Shown here piece by piece: positions 38,791 to 52,831 of a DNA stretch of 64,000 nucleotides. Numbering within the stretch: position 1 is the first letter of the stretch; the number at the start of each line of letters is the position of its first letter. The notes beneath the pieces were generated by a model that saw nothing but the letters and a program-made list of their open reading frames with translations, was not told the DNA's origin and searched no databases. Source of the DNA: Hemiscyllium ocellatum. Its lineage: Eukaryota. The stretch lies in the NCBI RefSeq assembly GCF_020745735.1, contig NC_083417.1:63736001-63800000 (forward strand), read 5' to 3'. The position numbers were made by a program, and so were the translations under genes.

Positions 38791-41559
38791 TCTTTCTAAT
38801 TTGTCCCTAATATTTTGTTCCTCAGTACAGTGCTTTGTACCTAAGATGGCACAAAGGGCTGTAATGCTGAATTCTTTTTTCTCTCTCTAATTTAATGCTA
38901 AAATCCTCTAGTTAGGCATCTTTGTACTTCCAAGTGCACTTTTCATTGAATTCGTTTGAATACATGCGGCAATAAGTCTCATTTTAATTCTAATTCTAAA
39001 GTGCGCTGTTGAGTTGGGGCCCCGGGTCAATGTGAAAGAAAGTTGGGAGCAGAGAAAATGCGTTAGAGGGGCACGGGTATCGGGCCTAGAGTGGAGGATG
39101 AGTGATGGGGGTGGGTCTGGTGGATGGGTCAGTTGAAGGGAAATTGGAATTAGGTTCAGAATTGCAGAAGGCGTTCGGCTCCCAGAATGGAGTAGGTGAA
39201 GAATGTTCAGTGGGTGAAAGGAAGTTATGCCTGTGGATGAATCTGTGTTGGGTTCAGAACATATGGTGTGCTGGGGGGACGGTACTGAGCGCAAGGGATG
39301 GGGGAGAGATTACTATGATCTTAAGTTCCAGGATTGTCACGTCAAAGGTTAGGGGATGCAAAATATCTGGGGACTGTGTAATGGAAGGTATTTACAAAAG
39401 TATGTGGTCAGATGAATAGTTACCCAGACGTAAGGTTATCTATCTAATAAGCTAATTTCACATGAGTGCATTACTTTATTTCACTGAACCTTCTAACTTC
39501 TCCACTTTAAATGGAAAATTGACAGGTTGTCAAGCCCAAAGGAGTGCTCACTGAAGTCTTCAATTCCCATACAATTCATTTGGAGTTTTTTGCAAAGTGA
39601 ATACTGAACGGTTCCCTTGAGCAACTCTCCCTTATGCTGGAATAATGATTTCCTTGTCACCAGTAAATCTGGACTATAACGATTGACTATTTATGACCTT
39701 GAAAGGCCCAGAAAAGAATTCTGCTGTGTGAAAACAATATGAAAGAATGAACCTCAACACACAATATTGACTGAGGCAACAACAGAGATAAACCAAGCCT
39801 GTCCATCCTACAAGGTCTTACCTAATAACATCAATGGACTTGATGTTGTCTCATCAAGAGTTGTCTCATAATCTGGTCAAGCAGAACCTAATGTTGTCAT
39901 ATTCATGAGGTCATAACCTTGCAGAAAATATCACAGGGTATCATAGTTACCAACCCAACAATGTTATGTACCACTGGTAGCAATGCCCTGCCACTGATAG
40001 ACAGTTGGGAAAAGAATTATTCTGGTTGGCCGCAATATTCTGCATGCATTGCATCTCATAGTAGCAAATAAAACAAGAACAAGAAAAACTGCTGTTCATT
40101 TGCATGTGCACCCGACCTGACCCGCTCAGCAATCACAAACCTTTCAAGTGATGAATCAATGCACCAATATGTTGACTATGAATTGTATGAAATATAGAGC
40201 ATGACATGGGACAAAACGGAAACGTTTCTTGTAACTTATAGTGTTTTTCTAATCATTCTGTTCAGAGGTGCTATTCAACACATTTGGAGATGGTTGGACT
40301 TGAACCCAGCTGTCAGGTAACAGAGGTAGGGGCACGAATACTGCACCACAAAATGACCGCTGGGACAGAGCATATGTCTTTTCGGCTAATATCCATCATT
40401 TGTAGTGTATTGCCAACAAAACCATTGACTGAGCTGAGCAAATACTAAAGAGCATTAACGTGGCAGGTGGAATTTAACACTAATATCTGTCAGGTGATGC
40501 ACTTCGGCAGAAGTAACACGACGATGGTGTAATCAATTAGCAGCTGGACACTAGGAAACTCAGAGGAACAGAAAGGTCTTTCTGGTGCTTATCCACAGAT
40601 TCGTGAATGTGGCAGAACTGGCTATTAGCGCGGTTAAGATGGCAAATGGGACATGCATCTTTATTAGTCATGAAGTAGATCATTAGAGGAGGGGGGCTTT
40701 GGAGAAACTGTACAAAACTTTGTTTAGACCACATCGACAATATTGTGTGCAATTCTGGTCGCAGCAAAATACAAAGTATGTGAGTGCATTGGAGGAGATG
40801 CTCAGATGCTTTGCCAGGATGATGCCTTGACAGAACAGTTAAGCAATTAAGAGAGGCTGGATAAGTTCAGAATGGTTTTCTTAGAGCAGGGAAGGCTGAG
40901 TGTGGACCTGATTGAGGTGCATAAGATTCTGCTGGAAAAGCACAGCCAGTCAGGTCGCATCTCAGGAGCAGGAGAGCCGCCGTTTCGAGGATAGGCTATT
41001 CATCAGGATCTCTTTGATGACGAGCTTATGCTTGAAATACCGAATCTCCTGCTCTTCAGATGCTGCCCGACCGGCTGTGCTTTTCCAGAGCTTCACTTGT
41101 TGATTCTGTTCTCCAGCATCTGCAGTCTTCACTTTCTCCTAGTGTATAAGATTACGAGAGGCATCCACAGGGTCGACGGCAAGCAGCTAATTCCTTCCAG
41201 TCCAAGATTAATCATCATGGAGCATTGTTTTAATGTGAAAGGTGAAGGGATTTGAGGAAAACATTTTTCACTCAGAGGGCAGTGAGATTCTGGAACACAC
41301 AAAGAGGGAGAGTAGTTAACACGGAAAACATTACAACTTCTAAAAATTACTTGGATGAACTCTTGAAATATCATAACATTCAAAGATATGGGCCTAGTGC
41401 TGGAAAATTGAACTCATGTAATTTCATTGACCTTTTTTGTTGGTGTTGACTCAGTGGGCTGAAAGTACTGTGTGATTCTATGATATAGCAACACGACAGT
41501 ATTTACTGCAGGTTATGAATGAACCAAAACAGGAAATTAGGCAGAAGATTAGATTAGAT

Positions 41560-41810
41560 TAGATTCTCTCTGGTGTGGAAACAGGTCTTTCAGCCGACAA
41601 GTCCATACCGTCCCTCCAAAGAGTAACCCAACCAGACCCATTTCACTCTGACTAATGCACCTAACACTATGGGCAATTTAACATGGCCAATTCACCTGAC
41701 CTGCACATCTTTGGACTGTGGGAGGAAACCGGAGCACCTGGTGGAAACCCCCCTCCTCCCCTCCCCACAGACTCTGGGAGAATGTGCAAACTCCACACAG
41801 ACAGTCACTG
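41560..41810 (-). mobile_element. tRNA-derived SINE (shark HE1-like), partial
   Basis: Reverse complement of the body and tail of the SINE at 46869; an inverted partial copy lies at about 43340-43500. Confidence 0.75.
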
Positions 41811-44159
41811 AGAACTGCAGATGCTGGAGAATAGTGTCGAGCGTGTGGTGCTGGAAATGTAACGCAGGTCAGGCAGTATCAGAAGAGCAGGAAAATTGAC
41901 GTTTCAGACAAAAGCCCTCAATCAGGAATGAGGCTGTGAGTCAACGGGGTGGTGAGATAAATGGGCTGCGAATCGGTTTCACAGTGAAGAGTTTCAGGGC
42001 AGAGGAGATGACTTGGGGGTTGTAGTTGGAGAGAGAGATTCACTGAAATACTTGTAGGTAGAGGCAGAAAATTTATTCAAGGTAGGAACCCTTGGAAGAG
42101 GCTTCAAGTGGCGTTAAAATCACTGTGGAGGAAGTGAGGAATGCAGATGCTGGAGATTAGAGGACAGATTGTGGCACTGGAAAAGCATAGCAGATCAGGC
42201 AGCATCCAAGGAGCAGCAGAATCAAGTTTCGGTCAAAATCCTTTCATCAGCAATGCGGCTGTGAATCGAGGGGTGGTGAGATAAATGTAAATCAGGCAAC
42301 AGGAAACAGAAAAACAAATGTTTGAGGATGGCACCAGTCTACTTGGCGCAGATGCTTCTATGTATGGCAGTATTAATAGGGGATACAACTGGGAGCAAGT
42401 GAGGACTGCAGATGCTGGAGATCAAAAATGTATTGCTGGAAAAGCGCAGCAGGTCAGGCAGCATCCAAGGAGCAGGAGAATCGACGTTTCGGGCATATGC
42501 CCTTCTCAGGAATGAGGAAGGTGTGCCAAGCAGGCTTAGATAAAAGGTAGGGAGGAGGGACTTGGGGGAGGGGTGTTAGGAATGCGATAGGTGGAAGGAG
42601 GTTAAGATGAGAGTGATTGGCCGGAGAGGGGGTGGGGGCGGAGAGGTCGGGATGAAGATTGCAGGTTAAGAAGGCGGTGCTGAGTCCGAGGGTTGAGACT
42701 GAGATAAGGTCGTGGGGGAGGGGAAATGAGGAATCTGGAGAAAGGGATGAATGCAGATTTCTCCAGATTCCTCAGGCCTTCCCGAAGAAGAGCTTATGCC
42801 CAATATGTCGATTCTTTTGATGCTGCAACACATTTTTAAGCTTTGATTACCATCCAGTCTAGATTCAGTTTAAATTTTAAAAAGAGGTGCTTCTTTGGTC
42901 ATTTCATTTTAATACAAGATTGTTGGATCGGAGACAGAGCCTTGCTAGGTGGGACTTCCCAAACACACATTATATAGATGCCTAATGAAAAGTGTAAACT
43001 ATTTGTCCGGCCTGTGCTAATAGAAAACTTGTATTCTATTGTTAACCTCCATCTTACAATTGTAATAATTCAAGGTTTCCTCACCATTTTGCATGCACTT
43101 AAAAGCTTTTGCATCAGTTGTGTCAATTCCGTTGATGAAAACATTAACTTCTAAAATCTCCCCAGAAAGTTAACTGTGCATTTTTATTACGTAACACCGA
43201 ATCCACACTCTATGTTTACCACTAGTCGTGCTTCTATCTTTCAGTAATACGTTCATGCCTCAATAGAAAATTCAACCCATATAAAAGGAAGTACACAATA
43301 CTTCTATTTTTCTTCATGTTTCAACACACACATGAAAATGTGACACACGCTCGACACTATTCTCCAGCATCTGCAGTTCTCAGTGACTGTGTGGACTTTG
43401 CACATTCTCCCAGAGTCTGTGGGGAGGGGAGGAGGGGGGTTTCCACCAGGTGCTCCGGTTTCCTCCCACAGTCCAAATATGTGCATGTCAGGAGAATCTG
43501 CGTAGCATTTTATGGCAAACGTCATTAAAGACTTAAGTATTGGCACATTATGGTCAGAAATTATCTTGGCATTGTTGCTGGACTAGTGACCTAGAAACTC
43601 AGATAGTGGTCTGAGAATTTGGAAGATACTAGAATTTGAACGTTTAAAGCCTTGGAAATAAAAATCTAACGATGATCAGGAAACAATCATTGATTACAAT
43701 AAACCTTTTGAGGGGGAAGGTGAGGGGGAAATTAAATGTGACTGGTACGAGCCAAGTTTTCACCGGGACGGAGTGCATACGTCAACACAACTGCAAAAGG
43801 AGGTACAATATCCAAATTTAAAAGACATCTGGATGAGAACATCAATGAGAATGGGTTGGAGGCATATGGGCCAGATATTGGCAAATGGGATTGGATCAGT
43901 TCAGGATATCTAGTCGGCGTGGTAGAATTGGACCAAAGGGTTTCTTTCTATGGTGTACGATTCTTTGACCCAATGAATATGACTCGTTAACCAAGCTAGC
44001 TTCAAGCATCAAAGCATTTATCGCTTTAAACCAATTAGAAGTAAGCCTCTGAACAGTCCAAGGATTTGTCCACTGAACAAAACATACACTTTTTAGACAT
44101 CTGTTTTTAACTGGCAATTGTATTATTAATTAATTACATACATATCCAAACAGGTTAAT

Positions 44160-44560
44160 TATGTGACGTGAGATTAGTCCATCCTCAGCTTTACATCATC
44201 CCATGACCTCAAGGCATTTTCCAAGCACCTTTATGATTTATCCTTTCGCCTTTAGAATGCATCATGTTCAAACACATTCTAGACTTAGGTTTTGCCCACT
44301 TGTGCAGTAATCCTCTGTTAATAGAAAGAGTTCTCTTTCTTAGGCTGAATATCCACAGGAGAGCAATTGTTTCCTGTAGTACCTGTAGACTTAAAATTCC
44401 ATGATACAATACATGGCTACAGTCACCTGGGATCTCAACGTCATATAAATGCTTGATGAGTGCATGGTCAGACTGTTCCCATCCATCCCATGACAGATAC
44501 CAGACTTTATTCAGCCTGGTCCGGATGTCGAGACTATACATTTCCTAATTTCATCTATGT
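44160..44560 (-). mobile_element. Tx1/L1-type LINE 3' fragment
   Basis: KVWYLSW...ETIALL...GAWKM, resembling the degenerate ORF2 C-terminus. Confidence 0.45.
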
Positions 44561-46868
44561 AAGCAATTGCAACTACTTCTGTTCTGCAGTGTCATTGTAT
44601 TTGGTTCACAATACCCATTGTGCGTTGTTTTAATCTTGTTACCCTGGACTCAGTCCTTTCGTGAGTTTTTAGTTTCATTTGAACATCGGACTATTGGTTC
44701 AGACCTTTGAAAATCCCCAGCCGTTTGATGTTAACTGAGAATCATGTTCAGCCATTTGATACTGCTTTCGCCATGCATAGTGTGAAAAACATCATAAGGC
44801 TCTCTCTCTTGTTAGAGACAGGAAGAGAGAGAGAGAGAGAGACGACTGATGGCGGTTTAAATAGAAGGTCTCCACGTGTCAGCCACGAAAAGTAGTTGAG
44901 AATGAGACTCTTCCATGGTACCTACACTGATATGGGAAATTAACCCATCCTGTTGCTAACAAAACCAGCCGTATTGCCAACTGTGCGAACTAACTCCCCA
45001 TGGAATGTGACTGAAATACAATCTTTTTACTTAGAGAGAATATGCCTATTTTTTACAGTAAAATGCTCGATGTTGTATGCTAGTATTAGCGGTTAGTCAG
45101 TCAATGGCCATCTTAACATGACTATTATTATTTACATGTATACACTTGATAAAAAAATCCACCTTTAGTAACCTTTCTGATGTTCAAAGAATTTCTAAAA
45201 ATAAAGCACACTCACCAACCATTATCATTCCCTTAGCTTTCCAAACTGGAATAGTCTTCAAACTCAACTCTGAATTGTCTCCAACAGGATAAATGACCTG
45301 CCTCCTCGTTTTAGTACATGTACGTGCAGTCTTCTAAGGCTTATACATTGTCTCTGTGGAAAAGAGATGGAGGCTATGATTGTTCATAGTTTCCCTCAAA
45401 AGTTCAGTTGGTGACATTTTGTTTACAATGCACTGAGGTGACAGCAGTGCGAATTCAACTCCCACACTAGTTGAGATTACCATGAACGTCCTGCCTTCTC
45501 CATTTCACCCATCATGTGGTGAGCCTCAGGGCAAACTCATCTCCCATTGCCTCTTTCTAACGAGAGGATAACCCTATGGTTCTCTTCGACTATTGTTGAC
45601 TTTATCTTATTTATTCCCTCAAGATCCAAGTTTTTTTCACCTGCCAAAAATGCCCTGTCTTATGATTCTTTTATGATTAATATGATTTGTCTATTTTATA
45701 TCTCACCATCATTTTGCAATGTTACAACAGTAATGCCTCCAAGTTCAAAAGCCTTCAAAAGTTACGTGTTTTTCCACGATGTAGTCCCATTACTTTATTG
45801 GTATCTGTGCAAATGGTGGGCACAGTATATCTTATTTCTCTTAAAGTGAAACCTTAATTTCTTCATCAAACTGATCCTTCAATTCAGATTGCCCAGGCTT
45901 GCACAAGCAGTTGGTAATTTAGCTTTATTTCTCCTACTATTAAAGATATGCTCTATTTGAACCTCTACCCACCTTTCCCCATTGATGTCTAAGATCCTAA
46001 CTAGCAATTATCTTCTCCCTCATATGCAACCTATCACTGGTACCATGGGTAAATTATGACCTTTGAGAAAAATAAGGTGAATGGGGAATGATTAGGAAAA
46101 TGAAGTTGAAGCTTAAGATCAACCACAATATTTCTGAATTATAGAGTAGGATAAATTGGCTGCGAGATATTTTTCTGCTAGAAGCAGATGTCGTCGTGGA
46201 TTATTTTCCCTTGTCTGAATATTAAAATTACTTTAGCTATATCCCAGACCTATAGCTAGACCTTTAATAATAACAAATTATGAAATACGTGTAACAGTTC
46301 CTCTACTATCTCTTTCCTATACTCATCAATATATGGCACATGCCAGCACTTACATTAGTTATTTACTAATCCAGAGACAGTAATTGGTGATTATGAGAAA
46401 GTGGTTAACATTCAGCATGACTTCTGCTGTTGGGTTATTTAACTCAATTTTTAAAATTTAGCTAACATGGTCAGGTGGCCTGCAGTGGAAATGGCCATGA
46501 TACTGATAAAGAGCTACATCTCGAACGCTGGGAATTTTGGTCAAGATAGTTTTAATCTGATCCAGATTAAAATGCAGCCAGAACATATTGTAGTCTGCTC
46601 TGGAAACTGTGACCTTCAGTTTCCTGCGTTGACCAGATGAGGCAGGTATTGTGATTATTTGATAGACTTACTGGCACCAAATTGCAATGAATGGAATGTG
46701 TCTTGGGGTGAACATTTGGGGTATGTTTACTGGTTCACTCCATTGACTGGGATCAAACAGGGCTATCAGTTTTGTTCAATTCATTGACTCAGTGTCAGAG
46801 ACTTTTCTGTAATTTATATGACGTTTCGTGATAAACGTTAGCAGAACATGTGGGTTTCCACCGTTAGT

Positions 46869-47175
46869 GGGCGGCACGGTGGCACAGTGGTTAGCACTGC
46901 TGCCTCACAGCGCCTGAAGACCCGGGTTCAATTCCCGACTCAGGCGACTGACTGTGTGGAGTTTGCACGTTCTCCCCGTGTCTGCGTGGGTTTGCTCCGG
47001 TTTCCTCCCACAGTCACAAAGATGTGTGGGTCAGGTGAATTGGCCAAGCTAAATTGCCCATAGTGTTAGGTAAGGGGTAAATGTAGGGGTATGGGTAGGT
47101 TGTGCTTCGGTGGGTCGGTGTGGACTTGTTGGGCCGAAGGGCCTGTTTCCACACTGTAAGTCTAATCTAATCTAA
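46869..47175 (+). mobile_element. Full-length tRNA-derived SINE (HE1-like)
   Basis: A box TGGCACAGTGG, B box GGGTTCAATTCCC, and (TCTAA)n tail. Confidence 0.88.
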
Positions 47176-47949
47176 CAAAGGATTTCTCAGGAGGAGCCTT
47201 CGAGATGACCACTTGAGAAGCATATGTCATGGGGTTATATTTTTAGGGACGGCAAAGTACCACAAGGCAAGATCTACACCGAGAGCAAGTTTGGTCACTT
47301 CACTCAAATTGGTCTAGTATTTGTATCATGCCAAACATCTCAATTTAAGGTTAGAGTTTGGGTTAAATGTGCGTTATAATGTAAAGTAATGTAAAGCGGA
47401 CTCAAATGTAAGGAGTTAAAGTTCAAATTAAGTTAAACGAAGTTAGAAGTAAATGCTATATTTAATATATATTTGATTATGGATATTAGTACATAAAATG
47501 TTAAATAAAAGAAGGATTTGTTTAATTAAAGCCCGAGTTGACACTCTGCCCTTTATCTGTGACAGAGGAAGAACACTTTAGTAAAATGTTTGTATACTTC
47601 TTTCGGGCAGTGCTAAGAAGTTAATATTAATACTTGTTACCATAAAATGACTGCATCGCTATTTAAAAAAAAAGTCATGCTGTCCTTAATTACACGTATA
47701 ATTGGACTCAGGAGAACATGGCTTTAAACAAATTGCTTCGGATCTAACAACAGAATGATATATAGTGAGGAGTCATGGATTTTTTTTCTTACAATAGCTA
47801 ACAGAATCTATTTTAACTGCAGAACACTGAGTCACCAATTTTTTAAAAAAATGTATTCTGCTGCTCACACAAGGAATAACAAAACTAGCGATAGGCCCAT
47901 CTGCTTGGATCTGCATGGACTAACAATAGGCATGCAGTGCGGTGCAAGT

Positions 47950-50900
47950 CTCTGGCACAGAGTTTGTCCCTGTTGTACAGAAGGGAAGGAGGGAAGGAGG
48001 AGAGTGTTAGTCATTGGGGACAAAATACTTAGAGGGTCAGATAGAAGGTTTGTTGGGAATGAACGAGATTCACGGTTGGTATGTTACCTCCCAGGTGTCT
48101 TTGGGTTCCTGAAGAGAGAGGAAAATCAGCCCCAAGTCATGGTCTACGTACGGACCAATGGCATAAGTAGAAAGAGGGATAGGGGAGAAACGCAAAATTT
48201 CAGGGAGCTAGAGTGGAAGCTGAGAGATAGAACAAACAGAGTTGCTATCTCTGGTTTGTTATCCGTGCCTCGTGATAGCGAAGCAAGGAATGGGGAGAAA
48301 TATCAGCTGACCACATGGCTGCAGCGATGGTACAGGAGGGAGGGTTACAGGTCCATGGATAATTGGGATCATTCTGGGGAAGATGGGATCTCTACAAACA
48401 GGACAGTCTTCCCTTGAACCAGAAGGGTACTAATATCCTGAGTAGAAATTTGCTGGTGCTATTCAGATGGGGTTAAACTAGCTTCAGCAGGGGGGATAGG
48501 AATCTCAGGTGTAGTTGCATTGCACAGGAGGATGAGAGTAAGGAGGGCATTGACAGGATTTAATGGTCACAGGAATATGCTGGCAGATAGCAAGCTGTTT
48601 TGAAGTGTGTGTACATCAACGCCAGAAGTATCCATAATAGGGTTGGTAAGATTATACCTGGAACTTCGATGTTATGACAATTTTGGAGACATGGATAGAA
48701 CAGGGTCAGAAATACATGTTACAGGTTCCAGGGTTTAGATTATTCATTGAGTGAAGGCGGGAAAAAAGGGGGAGATACGACTTTGTTAGTCAAGGACAGT
48801 ATAACAGTAGCTAAAAAAAAAGATGAGAATTCGTTGACTGAGTTATATGGGTAGAGGTGAGAAACAGGAGAGGAAAGGGCACAGTGCTGGGAGCTTTTCT
48901 AGGCCTCCACAGAGTTCCAGTGACGTGGATGAGAGGATCAGCATAATGATTCTGGGTAGGAGTGAAAGGAACAGGATGGTCAATATGGGGGTCTTTAACT
49001 TCCCCAACATTGACTGGAAATGCTATAACTCTAGTAGATCAGATGGATCAGTTTTTGTCCAATGTTAGGCACAAGGGTTTTCTGACACAGTATGCCGCAG
49101 GGCCGAGAAGAGGGGAGGCTACACTGGATCCCGTGCTCAGTTTAGTGGTGGAAAGGAATGGGTAAATGCCAGAGGGCAAGAGCTACAGATGGGGGAAGGA
49201 CAATTACAATGCGATTAGGTGAGGTGTAGGTTGCACAGATGGGGTAACAAAACGCAGTGGGTGGGGACAATCGAAATGTGGAGTTGGTTTAAGGAATAGA
49301 TATTGCGTGTTCTTGATAGGTATGTCCCCGTCAGGCAGGGAGGAATTGATAAGGTAAGGGAACCGTGGTTTACCACAGAAATTGCATCTCTTTTTAAGCG
49401 GGATAAGGAGGCTTATGTAATTATGAGACGAGATGGTTCTGATGAGGCGGTGGAGAGTTGGGAAGAATTTAGAGAGAGTTAAGAAGAGCAAATAGAGAAT
49501 ATAAGTAGTCTTTAGCAGTTAGAATAAAAGAGAACCTTAAAGCATTCTTCAGGTGCTTGAAGAATAAAGGTATGACTATGGTAGGAATAGGGCCAGTCAA
49601 AGACAGAAGTATGAAGTTGTGAGCGGACTCTGTGGAGATTGGAGTAGTGCTAACAGAATATTTCTCATCGGTTTTCACTTAGGAAATGAAGAATGTTGCA
49701 GTGGAGAAGAATGAGATATGAGATACTAGACTAGAAAAGATCGAGGTTTGTAAGGAAGAGGTGTTATCAATTCTAGAAGGAGTGAAAGTAGACGAGTCTC
49801 TAGGCCAGATTGGATATATCCGCAGATTATCTGGGAAGCCAGAGAGAAGATGTTGGAGACGTTGGCTTTGATCTTTGAGTCGTCATTGTCTACAGGTTTA
49901 GTACCACAGGACGAGAGGATTGCGAATGTTGTGCCCTTGTTCAAAAACGGCAGTAGAGATGACCCAGGTAATTATAGACCAGTGAGACTTACGTCTGTTC
50001 TTGGACAAGTTTTGGAAAGGATTTTAAGAGATAGGATTTATGGTCATCTAGCAAGTAACAATTTGATTGCAGTCAGTCAACATGGTTTTGTCAATGGCAA
50101 GTTATGTCTCACAAATCTCATTAAGTTTTTTGAGAAGGTGACCATGCATGTGGATAAGTGTAGTGCAGTTTACGTGGTGTACATGGACGTTAGTAAAGCA
50201 CTTGATAAAGTTCCACATGGTAGACTGTTGGAGAAAATGCAGAGGCATGGAATTGAGGATGGTTTAGAAGTTTGGATTAGAAACTGGCTTTCTGTAAGAA
50301 GGTAGCGGGTGGTGGTTAATCGAAAATATTCTGCCTGAAGTCCCGTTGCTAGTGATGAGCCACAAGGATCTGTTTTAGGACCACTGTTGTTTGTCATTTT
50401 TTTACAAATGACATTGACACAGGCATAGTTGGATGGGTTTGCAAGTTTGCAGATGACAGTAAAGTAGCGGACAGCATGGAAGAATGTTTCAGGTTGGAGG
50501 GGGACTTGGATAAACTGCAGAATTGGGCTGAAAGGTGGCAAATGGAGTTCAATGCAGAAAATTGTGAGGTGCTTCACTTTGGGAAGAGTAACAGGAAAGC
50601 AGAATACTGGGTCAATGGAACGATTCTTGGTAGTGTCGATGTACTGAGGGATCTTGGAGTCCATGTATATAGATCCCTGAAAGTTGCCACGCACGTTGAT
50701 CGTGCTGTTAAGAAGGCATGCGGTGTGATGGGTTTTATTGATAGAGGAATTGAGTTCTGGAGCTGTAGTGTCATGCTGTAACTATATGAAACGCTAGTGC
50801 GGCCTCATTTGGAGTGTTGTGTGCAGTTCTGGTCGCCGTATTTCGGGAACGATGTAGAAACATTGCAAAAGGTGCAGAGGAGATTTACCAGGACGTTGCC

Positions 50901-51335
50901 TGGTCTGGAGAGAAGGTCTTATGAGGAAAGGTTGAGAAACTTGTGTCTTTTCTCATTGAAAAGTAGAAGGCTAAGAGGAGATTTGATACAGAAATACATG
51001 ATGATCAGAGGATTCGATAGGGTAGACAGTGGAAGCCTTATTTGTAGGATGATTACGTCAGCTTGTATGATGGGGCATAGCTAAACATTGAGGGGTGACA
51101 GATTTAAGACAGATGTCAAGGGCAGGTTATTTACTTAGAAAGTGGTAAGGGCGTGGAATACCCTGCCTGCCAATATAGTTAACTCAGCCACATTAGGGAG
51201 ATTTAAACAATCCTTTGATAAGCACATGGATGATGATGGGATAGTGTAGAGGGATGGGCTTAGATTAGTTTACAGTTCAGCAAAACATTGAGGGCCAAAG
51301 GGTTCTGCGCTGTATTGTTCTATGTTCAATGTTCT
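47950..51335 (+). mobile_element. Near-complete but disrupted CR1 LINE (ORF1 SGNH esterase, endonuclease, RT, tail)
   Basis: RVLVIGDKILRGSDRRF (ORF1), VFNFPNIDW, GNYRPVRLTS, YMDVSKALDKVPH and KFADD; tail TTCTATG. Confidence 0.9.
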
Positions 51336-51451
51336 ATGCTATTTGTCTGACGGCATTTTTTTTAAGGATGGCTATATGAGACTCGCTGGCCTAGTTTCTG
51401 TGGCTGTTACTGTACATTTGGTGAAAGCCTGCATGGTACTTCATTTCATAC

Positions 51452-51495
51452 CATTCCTCAGCTGATAACTGAATAATCCGTCATATTGAACAGCA
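51452..51495 (-). pseudogene. Orphan 44-nt exon-like segment resembling cytoplasmic exon 1 of genes A and B
   Basis: CTTCTTGCAAG/ ... GAGGAATG/GTATGA. Same length and 3' end as in A and B. Contains a TGA in the phase-1 frame. Confidence 0.4.
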
Positions 51496-52831
51496 CTTGC
51501 AAGAAGTAGTGAGGGTTACAAAAGCACGAAAAGTAAATGATACAGAATTTCAGGGGCATCAATTCCAACTTGACCTCTTTTTCTCCAAACATGTCACAGA
51601 AGCATCTGATCTTAAATCTTTCCAGTTTTGATGACTGCACGTTGTGTGGAGAGTTGAAATTCCATTTTTCGCCTCATGAAACATTCTCCCCATTTGTGAC
51701 ATAATACAGTCATATTAATTGGGCTAGATGATAAATAGGTTAAGGGTCTTGAAGCAGGATCTCGTTGCTGGACTGTGAACATTTAGCAGCATCGGAATTT
51801 CATTCCACTACTTCGTAATTTCATAATGTAACATATTGTAAATTCAACATTAACATCAAACTCGAGGATCAACCTGGTTTATTGTGACAACCAGAAATCC
51901 ATGTCAAAATAGGCTTGATTCATGGCGTAAAATTAAACCTAAAACTGTTGAATATGCAGGGAATTTCCACATACATCTTAAACAGTGAAAGCACAGTAGA
52001 CTGGCAGGAGGCTGGAAGAATAAACAAGTCAGGCAGCATCAGGAGGTGGAGAGTTCAGTGTTTCAGGTGTAACCCTTCTTCGGGACTGTGGTTGATTTAG
52101 GGGGCGCTGTGGATAAAGAGGGTCGCAGGGGAAGGGTGGTAAAGTGAGGATAGATGAAGACAGGCATAGGGTACGGCCTAGTTGGTCAATGGGGGGAATG
52201 AATCCAGTAGTTGGCTGGGAAGAATAGAAGGGAGGGGGAGGAGCTGAGAGCAGAGTCAGTGGAAGGGAACGGAACGGATGTTATTTGAAATAGGAGAACT
52301 CAATCACGAGTTCTCTGGGCTGTAGGCTCTCCAGGTGGAAAATGAAGTGATATTCCTCCAATTTGTGGTTCAGTTCGTTGTGGCAATGGAGGAGGCCAGG
52401 GATGATCGTGCTGGAAATGGAGTGGTTAGGGGAATTAAAATGGCAACTGACTGGGAGGTCCAGTCGGCCCACAAAGGCCCAATTGAGATGCTCGGTGAAC
52501 CATTCTCTACGTTTATGTTTCATCTACCCTATGTAGAGAAGACCATAAAAAGTGAAAAACAAAATATGCAACACGTGAAATTTTTTAGTGCTATACAAAT
52601 ATATTAGAGCAAAGACCCACAGTGTTGCTGCTTCCAGATGTGAATATTCGAGGACAATTAAATAACAAATGGGAGAATGAAGTTTCATAACGATCTCATT
52701 CTTTAATTTTGTCATCTTCAATGGAGTCCAGTGCATGATTACAAAAATAATAATTGTTTTGATGCAACAAACACCATTCTAAAATATCAAGTAAAATATT
52801 AATCCCACTTTTTGGTGAAGCTCAAACCATG

